From Candidatus Bathyarchaeota archaeon (GTDB taxonomy: Archaea; Thermoproteota; Bathyarchaeia; 40CM-2-53-6), in NCBI GenBank assembly GCA_963733055.1, contig CAVTBR010000003.1, positions 544,001 to 608,000 on the forward strand: a DNA stretch of 64,000 bases. Reading direction: 5' to 3'. Shown piece after piece: positions 37,574-47,556 of this stretch (within the stretch, counting starts at the first letter, position 1; each line of letters begins with the position of its first letter). A model generated the notes under the pieces. The model saw only the letters and a program-made list of their open reading frames with translations. It did no database searches and was not told the origin of the DNA. Made by a program: the position numbers and the translations under genes.

Positions 37574-40396
37574 TCAACGTGTACGCCTCCGACGAAGGAT
37601 CGCAAGCGTGCCTACACCAACAACGATTCCCGCTAAGATCGATTCAATCGGGAACCCGGGTATCAATCCTCCAGGAGTAACATTGAGGGTTAGTGTAAAC
37701 ACTTGGCCACCGCTCGTTGTGACCGTGATTGTCTGTGTTGAAGTGACTCCATTCTTGCTGAGCGTAACTGTGTATGTTCCTGGCGGAACCGTGAAGGTAA
37801 CCAGTCCTTGCGAATTCGTAACACCCTGCACTGGTGCTGGCAAACATGGCGTGAAAGCTGTGGGCGTAAGCACCACGTTAACGCCTGAAAGCGGGTTGCC
37901 TTGGTTGTCAACAACTTTGATGGTTAGGGTTACGTTGGGAGGACACACTGACGTAGTGGTCGACGATATCGTCGTAGTGAGAGCTGTGGTTTGAGTTGAG
38001 ACCGTCGAGACGACGATCGAAGTTGATGTGGTGGAGAATATTCCGCCATACGTTGAAAATCTCAGAATTGTCGAAAGTGGGGTCTTGTAGCCGTACAGGC
38101 CAACAGGTCCTGCCTCTTTGAAGTAAGAGGCACTCACGAAGTCAGGACTTCCGCCCACGACCCAACCATTCGTCTCGCTCGTCATGTAGACTGAACTGAG
38201 AATCGGCGGGATCTCACCTAACAGTGCCGGTGATAGGGTTACGTGCTCCCAGGATACTCCATCCCAGTGAAAGATTGTTGCGACTAATTTGCCTGGGAAC
38301 CCGACGGCCCATCCGTCGTTCGGGGCGTCAAGGAAAACTGACTTGAGAGTTGCACTTGTGTGTCCAAGAGATGTGATTCCGCCGGGGATTGTCGGAGTAG
38401 CCACCGGTTCCCATTTGGTTCCGTCCCAATAGATTATGACCGGCCCAGCAGAAAATGAGCTGGCAGCTTGAATTCCTCCGACAGCCCAGCCAGATGTTGG
38501 AGTGAGCAGGAAAACTGATGTCAGGTTTGCGTCCAGGGACAGAGTGGGAGAACCACTCACAGTGACCAAATTCCAAGTTCCGACCCCTCCGCTAACCGTG
38601 TAGTGCAGAATCGTCGCATTGTCACCAACCGCCCAGCCCTCATTTGCAGTAACCATGAAAACAGAATTCAATCCATGCACTGCAGCAGGGCTAGAAGGTG
38701 CCGGGAAGACCGCCCACGTTCCTACGCCCCCGGTAACCGTGTAATGCAAAATGATTCCTGTTGGATATGGGGAAGCGACTTGTTCTCCGACCGCCCAGCC
38801 CTCATTCGAACTAACCATGAAGATCGATTTCAGAGAATACTGCCCTGGAGGCGGCGTAATCGTATTCCATGAACCTCCCGTGAAATGCAGGATAATAGGG
38901 CATGGAGCGACACTGCAACTTGCAGTTGGATGTGGTCCTCCGCCAACTGCCCAAACATCACCAGAGTTTACCATAAACACTGAATTCAGATTGTTCGTCG
39001 TTCCTATCGCAACGCCTTTCGTCCACGCGAACCCGTTCCAATGATAGATTGTCGGTTCGAACGGCGTTACGCCATCTGTAACCGACGAGTTGCCAACAGC
39101 CCAACCGTCATTGGGATTGATTGAACCGCCCACGATACTTGCATCGCAAGTTCGCAGTACAAGGCATGGTTCGCCAAACGAGATCGAAGTGAAGTTGTTG
39201 ATTGTCGGACTAGTAACCGTCCCATAATTCACGCCATCAAAGTGAACGATGACACCATCCGTTCCAACAACCCAACCGTCATTTGCTGAATTGAAGAAGC
39301 CTGACGCGAAGTTCAGCAATGATACAGGTGACGTTGGAACTAAGTTTGAGGGAAGGAGAGTCCAAGTCCCACCTGAGTAATGTAAAATCGACCCTTTAGC
39401 CCCAAACGCCCAGCCTTCAGTTGAACTAACCATGAAAACCGAAAACAGATTATTCGACGTAGTTCCCGGGCTCACGGGGCCTGACCAAATCCCAGTTGAG
39501 TAATGAATTATGATTCCCCCATCGCCCACCGCCCAGCCTTCCGTGGGTGAAATCATGTAGACCGATCTGAGAGACGTACAAGCAGGAGGAGTGATAGGGA
39601 GAGAAGCTGGACAGCTGTCTACTGGCGAGGTGAAAGTATTCCATACTCCACCAAAGTAGTGGAAGATAATTCCCCCCGCGCCAACAGCCCATCCCTCTGT
39701 AGAACTAACCATGAAAACTGAATAGATCCCGCACTTCGGTGCTGTGATAACCGCGGGGCAGGCAACTGGGGCTTGCGGCATGTTCCATCCTCCGCCGAGA
39801 CCCGGGACACCGGTCCAATGCCAGAAGACGCCCATACTTCCCGCTTGGTTCTGTCCTACAGCCCAAATGTCTGTACTGCTGACCATGAAAGCGGACCATA
39901 GCGGACCCGCGTTAGGTGCTGATAATCCAGCCAACTGACTCCGCCAAGTAATGCCGTCCCAATGAAGGGCAAGAGACACATTTTGTGAAAGTGGCGTACT
40001 GTTGTATCCGACGGCCCATCCATCAGTACCCAGAGGCGTTATGGGATTGCCCGGCGGCCCGAAGGTGACCGAAGTCAAATTGTAAGCTGCTTGCTTGGCT
40101 GGAAAATCGGCAATCTTGGGAGCTGGGACAAGGTTCCAGGTTGACCCATCGTAGTGAAATATCGCTGGTAAAGCGGTTGTGTCATTGGTTGTTGGTCTAG
40201 AATCTCCGACCGCCCAGCCGTTCGTGGCAGAGAGCATGTAGATCGAATTGAGTTGTGGGTTGGCTGGCGGGCTAATGTATGCGTCTGGGTTGATGTCGCG
40301 CCAGACTCCCATTTGGGCGGTTGCGGGAACTGCGGAAACTGCTAGGGCGATTAGCGTAATGCCGATAATCATTGCACAGAGTCTTGTCTTTCTCAT
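37574..40396 (-). CDS. Paralogous beta-propeller surface glycoprotein with C-terminal beta domain and PGF-CTERM-like signal
   Basis: WRDINP start shared with paralog; many SVFMVSSTEGWAVG repeats; VVDNQGNPLSGV..TNSQG; IPGFPIES + TM + RRRRTR. Confidence 0.85.
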   Translation of the reverse strand: MRKTRLCAMIIGITLIALAVSAVPATAQMGVWRDINPDAYISPPANPQLNSIYMLSATNGWAVGDSRPTTNDTTALPAIFHYDGSTWNLVPAPKIADFPAKQAAYNLTSVTFGPPGNPITPLGTDGWAVGYNSTPLSQNVSLALHWDGITWRSQLAGLSAPNAGPLWSAFMVSSTDIWAVGQNQAGSMGVFWHWTGVPGLGGGWNMPQAPVACPAVITAPKCGIYSVFMVSSTEGWAVGAGGIIFHYFGGVWNTFTSPVDSCPASLPITPPACTSLRSVYMISPTEGWAVGDGGIIIHYSTGIWSGPVSPGTTSNNLFSVFMVSSTEGWAFGAKGSILHYSGGTWTLLPSNLVPTSPVSLLNFASGFFNSANDGWVVGTDGVIVHFDGVNYGTVTSPTINNFTSISFGEPCLVLRTCDASIVGGSINPNDGWAVGNSSVTDGVTPFEPTIYHWNGFAWTKGVAIGTTNNLNSVFMVNSGDVWAVGGGPHPTASCSVAPCPIILHFTGGSWNTITPPPGQYSLKSIFMVSSNEGWAVGEQVASPYPTGIILHYTVTGGVGTWAVFPAPSSPAAVHGLNSVFMVTANEGWAVGDNATILHYTVSGGVGTWNLVTVSGSPTLSLDANLTSVFLLTPTSGWAVGGIQAASSFSAGPVIIYWDGTKWEPVATPTIPGGITSLGHTSATLKSVFLDAPNDGWAVGFPGKLVATIFHWDGVSWEHVTLSPALLGEIPPILSSVYMTSETNGWVVGGSPDFVSASYFKEAGPVGLYGYKTPLSTILRFSTYGGIFSTTSTSIVVSTVSTQTTALTTTISSTTTSVCPPNVTLTIKVVDNQGNPLSGVNVVLTPTAFTPCLPAPVQGVTNSQGLVTFTVPPGTYTVTLSKNGVTSTQTITVTTSGGQVFTLTLNVTPGGLIPGFPIESILAGIVVGVGTLAILRRRRTR

Positions 40397-40617
40397 CGGG
40401 AACCAACTTGACAGTGATGAGAGTCGCCTGTTCTGCACAATTAATAACATTAAGTAAGCATTACATGTTAAACCGTAGCATGTCTTTGGCCTAATTCTTG
40501 TCGCAAAGATGATTTCACAATGCAGAGTAACCCTCGGACCCCTCCCGCTCTCTCAGAGGGCAACTTTAGGCCTAGCTGGACGGCACCCTCCGGTTTCGAC
40601 TGGAGATTTGAGGCGCC

Positions 40618-40911
40618 TTGATAATCTCGCTCAAGCTTTACGGAGTCTTCAGATCAGCCGCTGGAGCGGAGAGGATTGAGCTGGACATTCCTGTAAATGA
40701 ACCAACAGTCCGAGCAGCCATATCCGACATAGCCAGTAGATCAAACCTTAGCCAGCTGAAACAACTCGTATTCGACGGAGAAACACATGACCCGCGCCCT
40801 AACGCCTTGATTATGGTTTCAGGCCGTGAGATCAGCACGCTGAACGGTTTAGATACGAAGCTGAAGGTTAGCGACGAATTAGCTTTGCTTCCGATCGCAC
40901 ACGGAGGATAA
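40618..40911 (+). CDS. MoaD/ThiS (SAMP) ubiquitin-like sulfur carrier
   Basis: C-terminal LLPIAHGG; GLDTKL..DEL. Confidence 0.9.
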   Translation: MIISLKLYGVFRSAAGAERIELDIPVNEPTVRAAISDIASRSNLSQLKQLVFDGETHDPRPNALIMVSGREISTLNGLDTKLKVSDELALLPIAHGG

Positions 40912-41793
40912 AAGCCCATTCATACTTCCAGAGCGATACCCAGTCATATCCAAGGCCACGTGAGCATACCCTAAAACGCGAAGAGCCTCCGAAATCTTAT
41001 CGAGAAGTTGCTCGTCGAAGAACAAGTTTCTCTCGCTCTTTCCAACTTCGATCCTAGCTATGCTTCCGTGGTCTCGCACCCGAAGTTCCTTCACACCCGT
41101 TAGCGACCGAATCGTGGTCTCCGCCCGTTCGATACGCAACAACCTCTCGGGAGTAATCACTTCACCATAGGCAACTCTCGAGGACAAACACGGCATTGAG
41201 GGCTTGTCGTGATTAGGCAACCCAAGAGATTTGGCTAACTCCCTAACCTCGTCCTTCATCATTCCCGCGTCTGAGAGTGGTCTCCGAATTCCCCTCTCAG
41301 ATAGCGCTGCGGCTCCTGGCCTGTGGCCGATCAGATCCTCCGCATTGGTACCGTCCACGATCGTGTAATCTCCGAGTTCTCTCGCCAAGTCCACAAGTTT
41401 CTCCCCTAACTCCTTCTTGCAGAAGTAGCAACGGTTCACAGGATTGGCTACGTAGTTTGAGTCCTGCAGTTCATCCGTCTTGACGACGATGTGCTTGATT
41501 CCGATACGACCGGCGAGCTCCTTCGCTTCCCGAAGCTCAGATGACGGAAGGCTTGGCGAATCTGCCGTGACTGCGATTGCTCCATCTTCGAGCGCCATCT
41601 TCGCGAGAAGTGCCATGAGACTACTATCTACGCCTCCGGAAAAAGCAACCATTACCTTTCGGAAACTCGTCAGTTCGTTTAGGATTCGCGTGGCTTTCGC
41701 GCAAAGCTCCGGTGATAGCCCGAGGTCTTGGAAGGTCGGTAATCCACTCGGGCTCTCTTCTGTTAACATTTTATGAGACCTCTCGCAGCTCAT
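40879..41793 (-). CDS. larE: ATP-dependent sulfur transferase LarE (start may be 41769)
   Basis: AFSGGVDS PP-loop, NRCYFCK, DGTN..D..HRPG, PCLSSR, RVRDHG..ARIEV, GYRSGSMN. Confidence 0.92.
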   Translation of the reverse strand: MSCERSHKMLTEESPSGLPTFQDLGLSPELCAKATRILNELTSFRKVMVAFSGGVDSSLMALLAKMALEDGAIAVTADSPSLPSSELREAKELAGRIGIKHIVVKTDELQDSNYVANPVNRCYFCKKELGEKLVDLARELGDYTIVDGTNAEDLIGHRPGAAALSERGIRRPLSDAGMMKDEVRELAKSLGLPNHDKPSMPCLSSRVAYGEVITPERLLRIERAETTIRSLTGVKELRVRDHGSIARIEVGKSERNLFFDEQLLDKISEALRVLGYAHVALDMTGYRSGSMNGLLSSVCDRKQS

Positions 41794-41826
41794 GATACTT
41801 AGGCGTTTCCTAGTTGGCGAAACCTG

Positions 41827-42603
41827 TTGCGTGAAACTCTCGAAAAGCTTGCACAGGGCAAGATCTCCGTTGATGAAGCAGAGAAAGCGTTGAAGATGAA
41901 CATTGTTGAAAATGTGGGCAATGTGGCGAAGCTTGATGTCGGTAGGGAAAAGAGACGCAGCGTTCCAGAAATAGTATTCGCGGAAGGAAAAAGTAAGGAA
42001 GATCTCGACGCTATTTGCAAGACGATGCTCGAGAAGACCGGGCGCATAATAGTCACCCGGCTAGACAATCAACAAATCGACGAATTACAAACCAAGTTCC
42101 ACGCTTACGATACTCAGGTGTCCCCGCACGCCAAGTCACTGGTCGTTAGAAGGAAGGAATATCATGGCCCGAAAACCGGGGGACGGATTGGTGTCCTGAC
42201 GGCGGGCACTGTGGATTTGGCAGTGGCTGAGGAGGCCGTGATGATCGCGCAGGAGATGGGATGTGAAACATTCTTGGAGGCTGATGCCGGTGTGGCAGGA
42301 ATTCATCGGTTAGTGGAACCCTTGAAGAGGATGTTGGCTAATGATGTGGATTGCCTAATTGTTGTGGCCGGTCGAGAAGGTGCGCTTCCCACAGTCGTCG
42401 CGGGGTTAGTAGATCTACCACTGATCGCCGTCCCGGCCTCATCCGGTTACGGCTATGGAGGCAAGGGGGAAGCAGCGTTGATGGCCATGTTGCAGGCTTG
42501 TTCTCTAGGCTTGGCAGTAGTCAATATTGACTCGGGCGTTGCTGCGGGTGTTGTTGCGGCACAGGTAGCGAATCGGGTTGCTCGTGCGAGGGCGTCTCAT
42601 TAA
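41827..42603 (+). CDS. larB: Nickel-pincer cofactor biosynthesis protein LarB
   Basis: PEIVFAEGK, TAGTVD.VAEEA, DAGVAGIHR, AGREGALP, GYG, VVNID. Confidence 0.92.
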   Translation: MRETLEKLAQGKISVDEAEKALKMNIVENVGNVAKLDVGREKRRSVPEIVFAEGKSKEDLDAICKTMLEKTGRIIVTRLDNQQIDELQTKFHAYDTQVSPHAKSLVVRRKEYHGPKTGGRIGVLTAGTVDLAVAEEAVMIAQEMGCETFLEADAGVAGIHRLVEPLKRMLANDVDCLIVVAGREGALPTVVAGLVDLPLIAVPASSGYGYGGKGEAALMAMLQACSLGLAVVNIDSGVAAGVVAAQVANRVARARASH

Positions 42604-43542
42604 TCAGGATACGCTTACGGTTTTCAAGTGGCCGCACGCCGCTTTTACAACATCAACAGACTTCATGAAAGCGGTCCTCTCATCGTTATTCAATTTCAGT
42701 TCAATCACGCGCTCAACGCCTCGCGCACCAAGAACCGCGGGAACGTCCACGTAGACATCCTTCAAGCCATACTCGCCGTTTAGATGTGCCGTGAGGCATA
42801 GAACCATCTTCTTGTCTTTGATGATGCTCTCAACCATTCTCGTTATTCCGTGTGCTGGAGCGAAAATCGTTGCTCCTTTGAGCGCTATCACTTCGGCCGC
42901 GATCTTCCTTGTCCGATCGATAGCCTCGTTTACTTGAGACTGAGAAAGCAATTCAGTGATGGGTGCACCGTTCACTGTTGAGAATCTGGGAAGGGGAACC
43001 ATCGAGTCGCCGTGTTCGCCGATCACAACGGCATGGATTGAGCTCGTTGATACTTTCAGAGCCTTGGCGATGAAGTACTTGAACCGCATCGTATCAAGCA
43101 TCCCACTCTGTCCGAAGACTCTCAAGGGTTCGAACCCGGTAACCTTCCACGCCAAGAAAGTCATAACGTCAAGCGGGTTGGTAACCATCAACACAAGTGT
43201 CTTCGGAGCATACTCCCGAATCTTCTCGCAAATATCTCGAATTATGGTTTCATTCTTCTCCTGCAAATCGAGGCGCGTCATGCCTGGCTTCCTTCCCAGC
43301 CCCCCGATCACGACAACAAGATCCGAACCCGCGATGTCTTTGTAATCGTTCGATCCGACTATATCGAGATCCGTTCCCTGCTCTGCCACCATTTGCCCCA
43401 AGTCAAGAGCCTCGCCTTGAGGTAGTCCCTGAATGATGTCGACGAGCCTAAGATCGCCAAGCTCTCTTTGAGCAACCTGAAGCGCCACCGCGCTTCCTAA
43501 TTTACCCGTACCAATAATCGAGATTAGTTTCCGCGCAGTCAA
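42604..43542 (-). CDS. mdh: Malate dehydrogenase (LDH-like)
   Basis: GTGKLG, RKPGMTRLDL, VTNPLD, LDTMR, GEHGD. Confidence 0.92.
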   Translation of the reverse strand: MTARKLISIIGTGKLGSAVALQVAQRELGDLRLVDIIQGLPQGEALDLGQMVAEQGTDLDIVGSNDYKDIAGSDLVVVIGGLGRKPGMTRLDLQEKNETIIRDICEKIREYAPKTLVLMVTNPLDVMTFLAWKVTGFEPLRVFGQSGMLDTMRFKYFIAKALKVSTSSIHAVVIGEHGDSMVPLPRFSTVNGAPITELLSQSQVNEAIDRTRKIAAEVIALKGATIFAPAHGITRMVESIIKDKKMVLCLTAHLNGEYGLKDVYVDVPAVLGARGVERVIELKLNNDERTAFMKSVDVVKAACGHLKTVSVS

Positions 43543-43742
43543 CCATTACACCAAGAAACTACTTCTTTCTCTTGCATATGGTCTAATCGTTTTTGTCAAT
43601 TCGCATGTCGGCACGATATGATTCTGATATACACTTTGTCTATTTCGCGGGAAAGTTCGCGTGTTTGGGTTCTCTAGCAAGGCTTTTATGGGTTGAACAT
43701 CCGCTAAACTTAACTCGATTCAGAAAGGGGAGGGAATGTTCA

Positions 43743-43889
43743 TTGGCTGAAATGTTTTGTGTAAAGTGTAAAGAGAAGAAAACTGTTCCTGACGATCAGA
43801 CTACGATGGAGAAGACAGCTAAGGGCCGCAACATGATGCGCGCGACCTGTCCAACCTGCGGCACAAAGATGACGAAGTTCACGAAGTAG
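43743..43889 (+). CDS. Small zinc-ribbon protein (DUF5679-like)
   Basis: TTG start after GGGGAGGG; FCVKCKEKK...RATCPTCGTKMTKF. Confidence 0.75.
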   Translation: MAEMFCVKCKEKKTVPDDQTTMEKTAKGRNMMRATCPTCGTKMTKFTK

Positions 43890-44025
43890 TGCACTCCTTA
43901 CATAAATTGAGAAACTGGTCCACTATTTCCATCAGTCGCTAGGATCGAACGACTCAAACATCCCACTTTTCATCGGGAGTATCCACTAGCAAGCCTTAGA
44001 GGCAGGGTAATCCACCCCCCCTTCA

Positions 44026-44877
44026 GTGAACAGGGGTTTGGAAATCAGCTCTTCAAGCCTGAGTTTTCGCTTGTCCCTGGTTGACCTTGAAGAACTGAAA
44101 CCACATGAGGAAGTAATTCAGGAAGTCGTCCAAGCCCTCTCAAGAGAGATTCGCGAAACGGGAGTAGTTCACGATCCACTAATGGTGGATAAGGATGATT
44201 ATGTCATCCTCGACGGAATGCACCGGTACAATTCTCTGAAACAGCTAAACTGCCGATTTGCTCCCTGCTGTCTCCTCGATTATGACAGCCCGCGAATAAA
44301 GGTAGGCTCATGGTTCAGGCTGTTTACGGTAAGCGATCCAACAAGGCTTACGGAGACGGTACTTGAAGAGATGAAATTGGAATATTCGAGGAAGCGGGGG
44401 GATGCTTCAATTTTGAATTATGATACGGAGGCATTCATTCTTACTGGAGAGGGAGATGTGTTCTCATCCTCTCTAAACCCCTTTGAACGGTGCCGCATGG
44501 CAATTAGTGTGGAGAAGCGTATCGTCAACTACGGCCACGATGTTGAATATCTATCTGAACCAATTGCGCTGCATCAACTTCGGTCCGGTCAAGCGAACCT
44601 CGTCATGGCAATGCCCATCTTCTCAAAAGCCGAAATCCGTGAGTTTGGTTTAGAGGGGAGACTCCTACCTCACAAGGTGACACGTCACATTATTCCTTCC
44701 CGACCGCTTGCGATGGATACCCCTCTCGAGTTGCTTCTTAATCCAAATATTACATGTCAGGAGGCTGATGCCAAATTGGGAGACCTCTTAGCTAAAAGAA
44801 CGGTTGAGAAGAAACCGCCGGGTTCGGTAGTTGATGGAAGGCATTATGATGAAGAATTGCTGGTATTCTCCGGGTAA
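44026..44877 (+). CDS. ParB/Srx-like protein, SerK (free serine kinase)-like
   Basis: LKPHEEV, PLMVD, ILDGMHR, LDY, LLPHKVTRH. Confidence 0.6.
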   Translation: MNRGLEISSSSLSFRLSLVDLEELKPHEEVIQEVVQALSREIRETGVVHDPLMVDKDDYVILDGMHRYNSLKQLNCRFAPCCLLDYDSPRIKVGSWFRLFTVSDPTRLTETVLEEMKLEYSRKRGDASILNYDTEAFILTGEGDVFSSSLNPFERCRMAISVEKRIVNYGHDVEYLSEPIALHQLRSGQANLVMAMPIFSKAEIREFGLEGRLLPHKVTRHIIPSRPLAMDTPLELLLNPNITCQEADAKLGDLLAKRTVEKKPPGSVVDGRHYDEELLVFSG

Positions 44878-44937
44878 TGAGCTGGTTCAGGTTTATATTT
44901 CTCCGCACTCGTTACGCGGCGGGCGGGCCAGAATGCA

Positions 44938-45132
44938 ATGCCAAGAGAAATCAACGACACCGAAGAGTTCGTGAAGATTTCAGAGCGCGCAACCGAGTGT
45001 CGAGTAAAGCGGCTTGAGGACATTGTGAGATTGAAACTCCGAACATCGCGCCATCTATACACTATCAAGGTTGACCCACAAAAAGCGGCAGAATTGCTCA
45101 AACAAATTCGATGCGAAGTTATCGAAGCTTAA
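44938..45132 (+). CDS. rpl38e: Ribosomal protein eL38 (L38e)
   Basis: MPREI...F...A....RVKR....LKLRTSRHLYT.KV; TTTATATT promoter upstream. Confidence 0.9.
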   Translation: MPREINDTEEFVKISERATECRVKRLEDIVRLKLRTSRHLYTIKVDPQKAAELLKQIRCEVIEA

Positions 45133-45178
45133 CTCGCTTGAATTAATCATACCACGAGGAAGTCCCCTGACTCTAGAT

Positions 45179-46355
45179 ATGATCACGTATGACCTGTTCC
45201 TTTTCTTTGGAATCCTAGCGGTTCTCGCAGCAGCATATTCCCAGTACCTTGGCATGAAATTCGACGATAACGTTTCCACATCGCTAAGAAAACGTAGGCC
45301 CGTCTTTACTCCCAAGACCTGTCTCGTGATGGCCTGCAAAGACGTTGAACCCGAATTCGAGAAGAATGTGGAAGCGATACTCAACCAAGACTATTCCAAT
45401 TACCGGACGATCATGGTGACTGATAACGTGGAAGACCCTGCATATTCCATCGTCAAGTCAATCCTAACCAAGCATGCGGGCAAAGACATTCACCTGTACA
45501 ATTCCACCGACCATCGAGGCGCAAGCGGAAAGGTCGCCGCATTGTTGACCGCTATAGAGAAGGACGCCGGCGTAAGTGAGGCATTCGCGTTTGTGGATAG
45601 CGATGCTTTCGTTCCATCTGGATGGCTCGCGGACTTAGTCGCTCCTCTGGCAAATGATTCGGTTGGGGCAACCACGGGGTTTCGTTGGTATTTCCCTTCC
45701 CGCGGAGGATTCTGGTCACATCTAGAATCGGCGTGGAACGCGGCGGGCATGAATCTGATGTTCAACGAGCGATACACCTTCCCGTGGGGTGGCGCGATGG
45801 CGATTCTAACCGAGAAAATGAACACGGTGGACATCCGGAACGTGTGGGAAGATGCCATCAGTGATGACTTGTCGTTGAATTCGGCGTTAAGAAAGCATGG
45901 CTATAGAACGATTTTCGTTCCCCAATGCATGGTCGCTACCTACAACCGAGCTACGACTCGAAGCTTCATCGGCTGGGCCACTCGCCAAATAGCACTAACG
46001 AGAGCGTTCAACCCCGAACTCTGGCGTTACGGATTCTCAGCATACGCATTCTTGTCGACACTCATGGTGCTCGCGCTCGCGAGCCTAGCCGCGTCCGCGC
46101 TCTGGTCGCCAGTTTGGTTACTCCCTAGCGCACTATTATTCACGCCCTCATTTCTAGGGATCTTTAGGAGCAGCCAAAGGGTCACGACCTTCAAACGAGC
46201 GATGCCAGCTCATGCTCGAAGAGTTCGAGAAGAATCGATACGCTGATTCGATCACAAGCCTTATTGTCCCATGGATTATGACGTACTGCATAATTAGTTC
46301 GGCCCGAATGAACGAGATAGAATGGCGAGGCCGAAAATACAAGCTCAGTGGATAG
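45179..46355 (+). CDS. GT2/GT21 ceramide-glucosyltransferase (HpnI)-like glycosyltransferase (1-nt frameshift near 46215)
   Basis: QDY, SGKV, FVDSD, WGGAMA, ISDDL, WATRQ; shifted frame continues ...NEIEWRGRKYKLSG*. Confidence 0.82.
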
Positions 46356-46361
46356 ACGCAC

Positions 46362-47537
46362 TTGCCTCATCGCGAAGCGTTCCTACAACCGCTAATCAAG
46401 AAACAGCTAGACCTAGTCATATTATTCGTCACCTCAGCTTGTAACGCGCGATGTAGGACATGCTTCTACTGGCTGGAACTCAATCGCAAAGGAGACATGA
46501 CGTTCGATGAAATTAGCAAACTATCAGCAACTATGCCCAAATTCCACGACCTCTGGCTCTCGGGTGGAGAACCCTTCCTGAGGAAAGACCTCGCGAACGT
46601 CATACGCCTATTCTATACCAACAACAACATTCGTGACGTCCGAATCCCAACCAACGGACTTCCCACAGAACAGACCATCAAGACGGTAGTAGCGGTTCTT
46701 GAAGAATGCCCTGAGATCCAACTTGAGATAGATTTCTCCATAGACGGGTTCGCGCAGACACATGACAGAATTAGGGCGGTTCCAGGCAACTTCGAGAAAG
46801 CACTCGAGACCATGGCCGAGCTTGAACGAATCAGAGCGAAAGCCGCTAACCTAACGCTCTATGTAAACTCTGTGATAACCAGCGAAAACCGAAACGAAAT
46901 AATTCCGTTAGGCGACTACTTCAAACAGACCCACGACTTGGATGGACATTATTTTCAGATCATTCGCGGAGAGCCGAAAGATCAAAGCCTGCAAGCAGTC
47001 GAACCAACGGAACTTCAGCAAACCTACGAGAAAATACTGCCCCTCAACCTTCAGTACATCTCGAAACCATCCCGAAAAAAGTCGCGACTGGATGGATTGG
47101 CGAAGGCATTTTGGAGGGCCGGCTACATGTTCAGTTACGATACGCAATTCAAGAATTACGCCTACGGGACTAAGTGGAGGATGCCATGCACCGCCGGTCA
47201 GACCTCTATCGTAATCGATTACAACGCGGACGTCAGAGTCTGCGAGCTGAGGAAACCAATCGGAAATCTACGAAAGTTTGACATGAATTTCAGTAAGTTC
47301 TGGGGGTCATTAGAACGAAAGAGGGAAGTTCGACAAGTCGGATTAGACCAGTGCTTTTGCACACACATCTGTTTCGTGTATGACTCTATGCGACATAGCA
47401 AGAGGGTCATGCTTTGGGAGCTTCCAAAACTATACGTGAAATACGCCTTGAAGAAGTTAGGAAGCACGAAGCTGAGGATAGCTAATTCGCCAAACGTAAG
47501 AGTTGAGGAAACCGCCCCGACGGTAAGCACAGGTTAA
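46362..47537 (+). CDS. Radical SAM protein with SPASM/twitch-like C-terminal domain
   Basis: VTSACNARCRTC, LSGGEPFLR, PTNG, SIDG, PCTAG...CEL, CFCTHIC. Confidence 0.9.
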   Translation: MPHREAFLQPLIKKQLDLVILFVTSACNARCRTCFYWLELNRKGDMTFDEISKLSATMPKFHDLWLSGGEPFLRKDLANVIRLFYTNNNIRDVRIPTNGLPTEQTIKTVVAVLEECPEIQLEIDFSIDGFAQTHDRIRAVPGNFEKALETMAELERIRAKAANLTLYVNSVITSENRNEIIPLGDYFKQTHDLDGHYFQIIRGEPKDQSLQAVEPTELQQTYEKILPLNLQYISKPSRKKSRLDGLAKAFWRAGYMFSYDTQFKNYAYGTKWRMPCTAGQTSIVIDYNADVRVCELRKPIGNLRKFDMNFSKFWGSLERKREVRQVGLDQCFCTHICFVYDSMRHSKRVMLWELPKLYVKYALKKLGSTKLRIANSPNVRVEETAPTVSTG

Positions 47538-47556
47538 CGAAAGGCCAGTGGAGTGC

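Noticed and set aside
38100-40300. Recurring AACCATGAA...CCCAGCC-like motifs
   Set aside because: Protein-level beta-propeller repeats with irregular spacing; no CRISPR array or cas genes in the window
43593-43742. Long N-terminal extension of the zinc-ribbon ORF
   Set aside because: Covers the divergent promoter region; SD-like site and TTG at 43743 fit better
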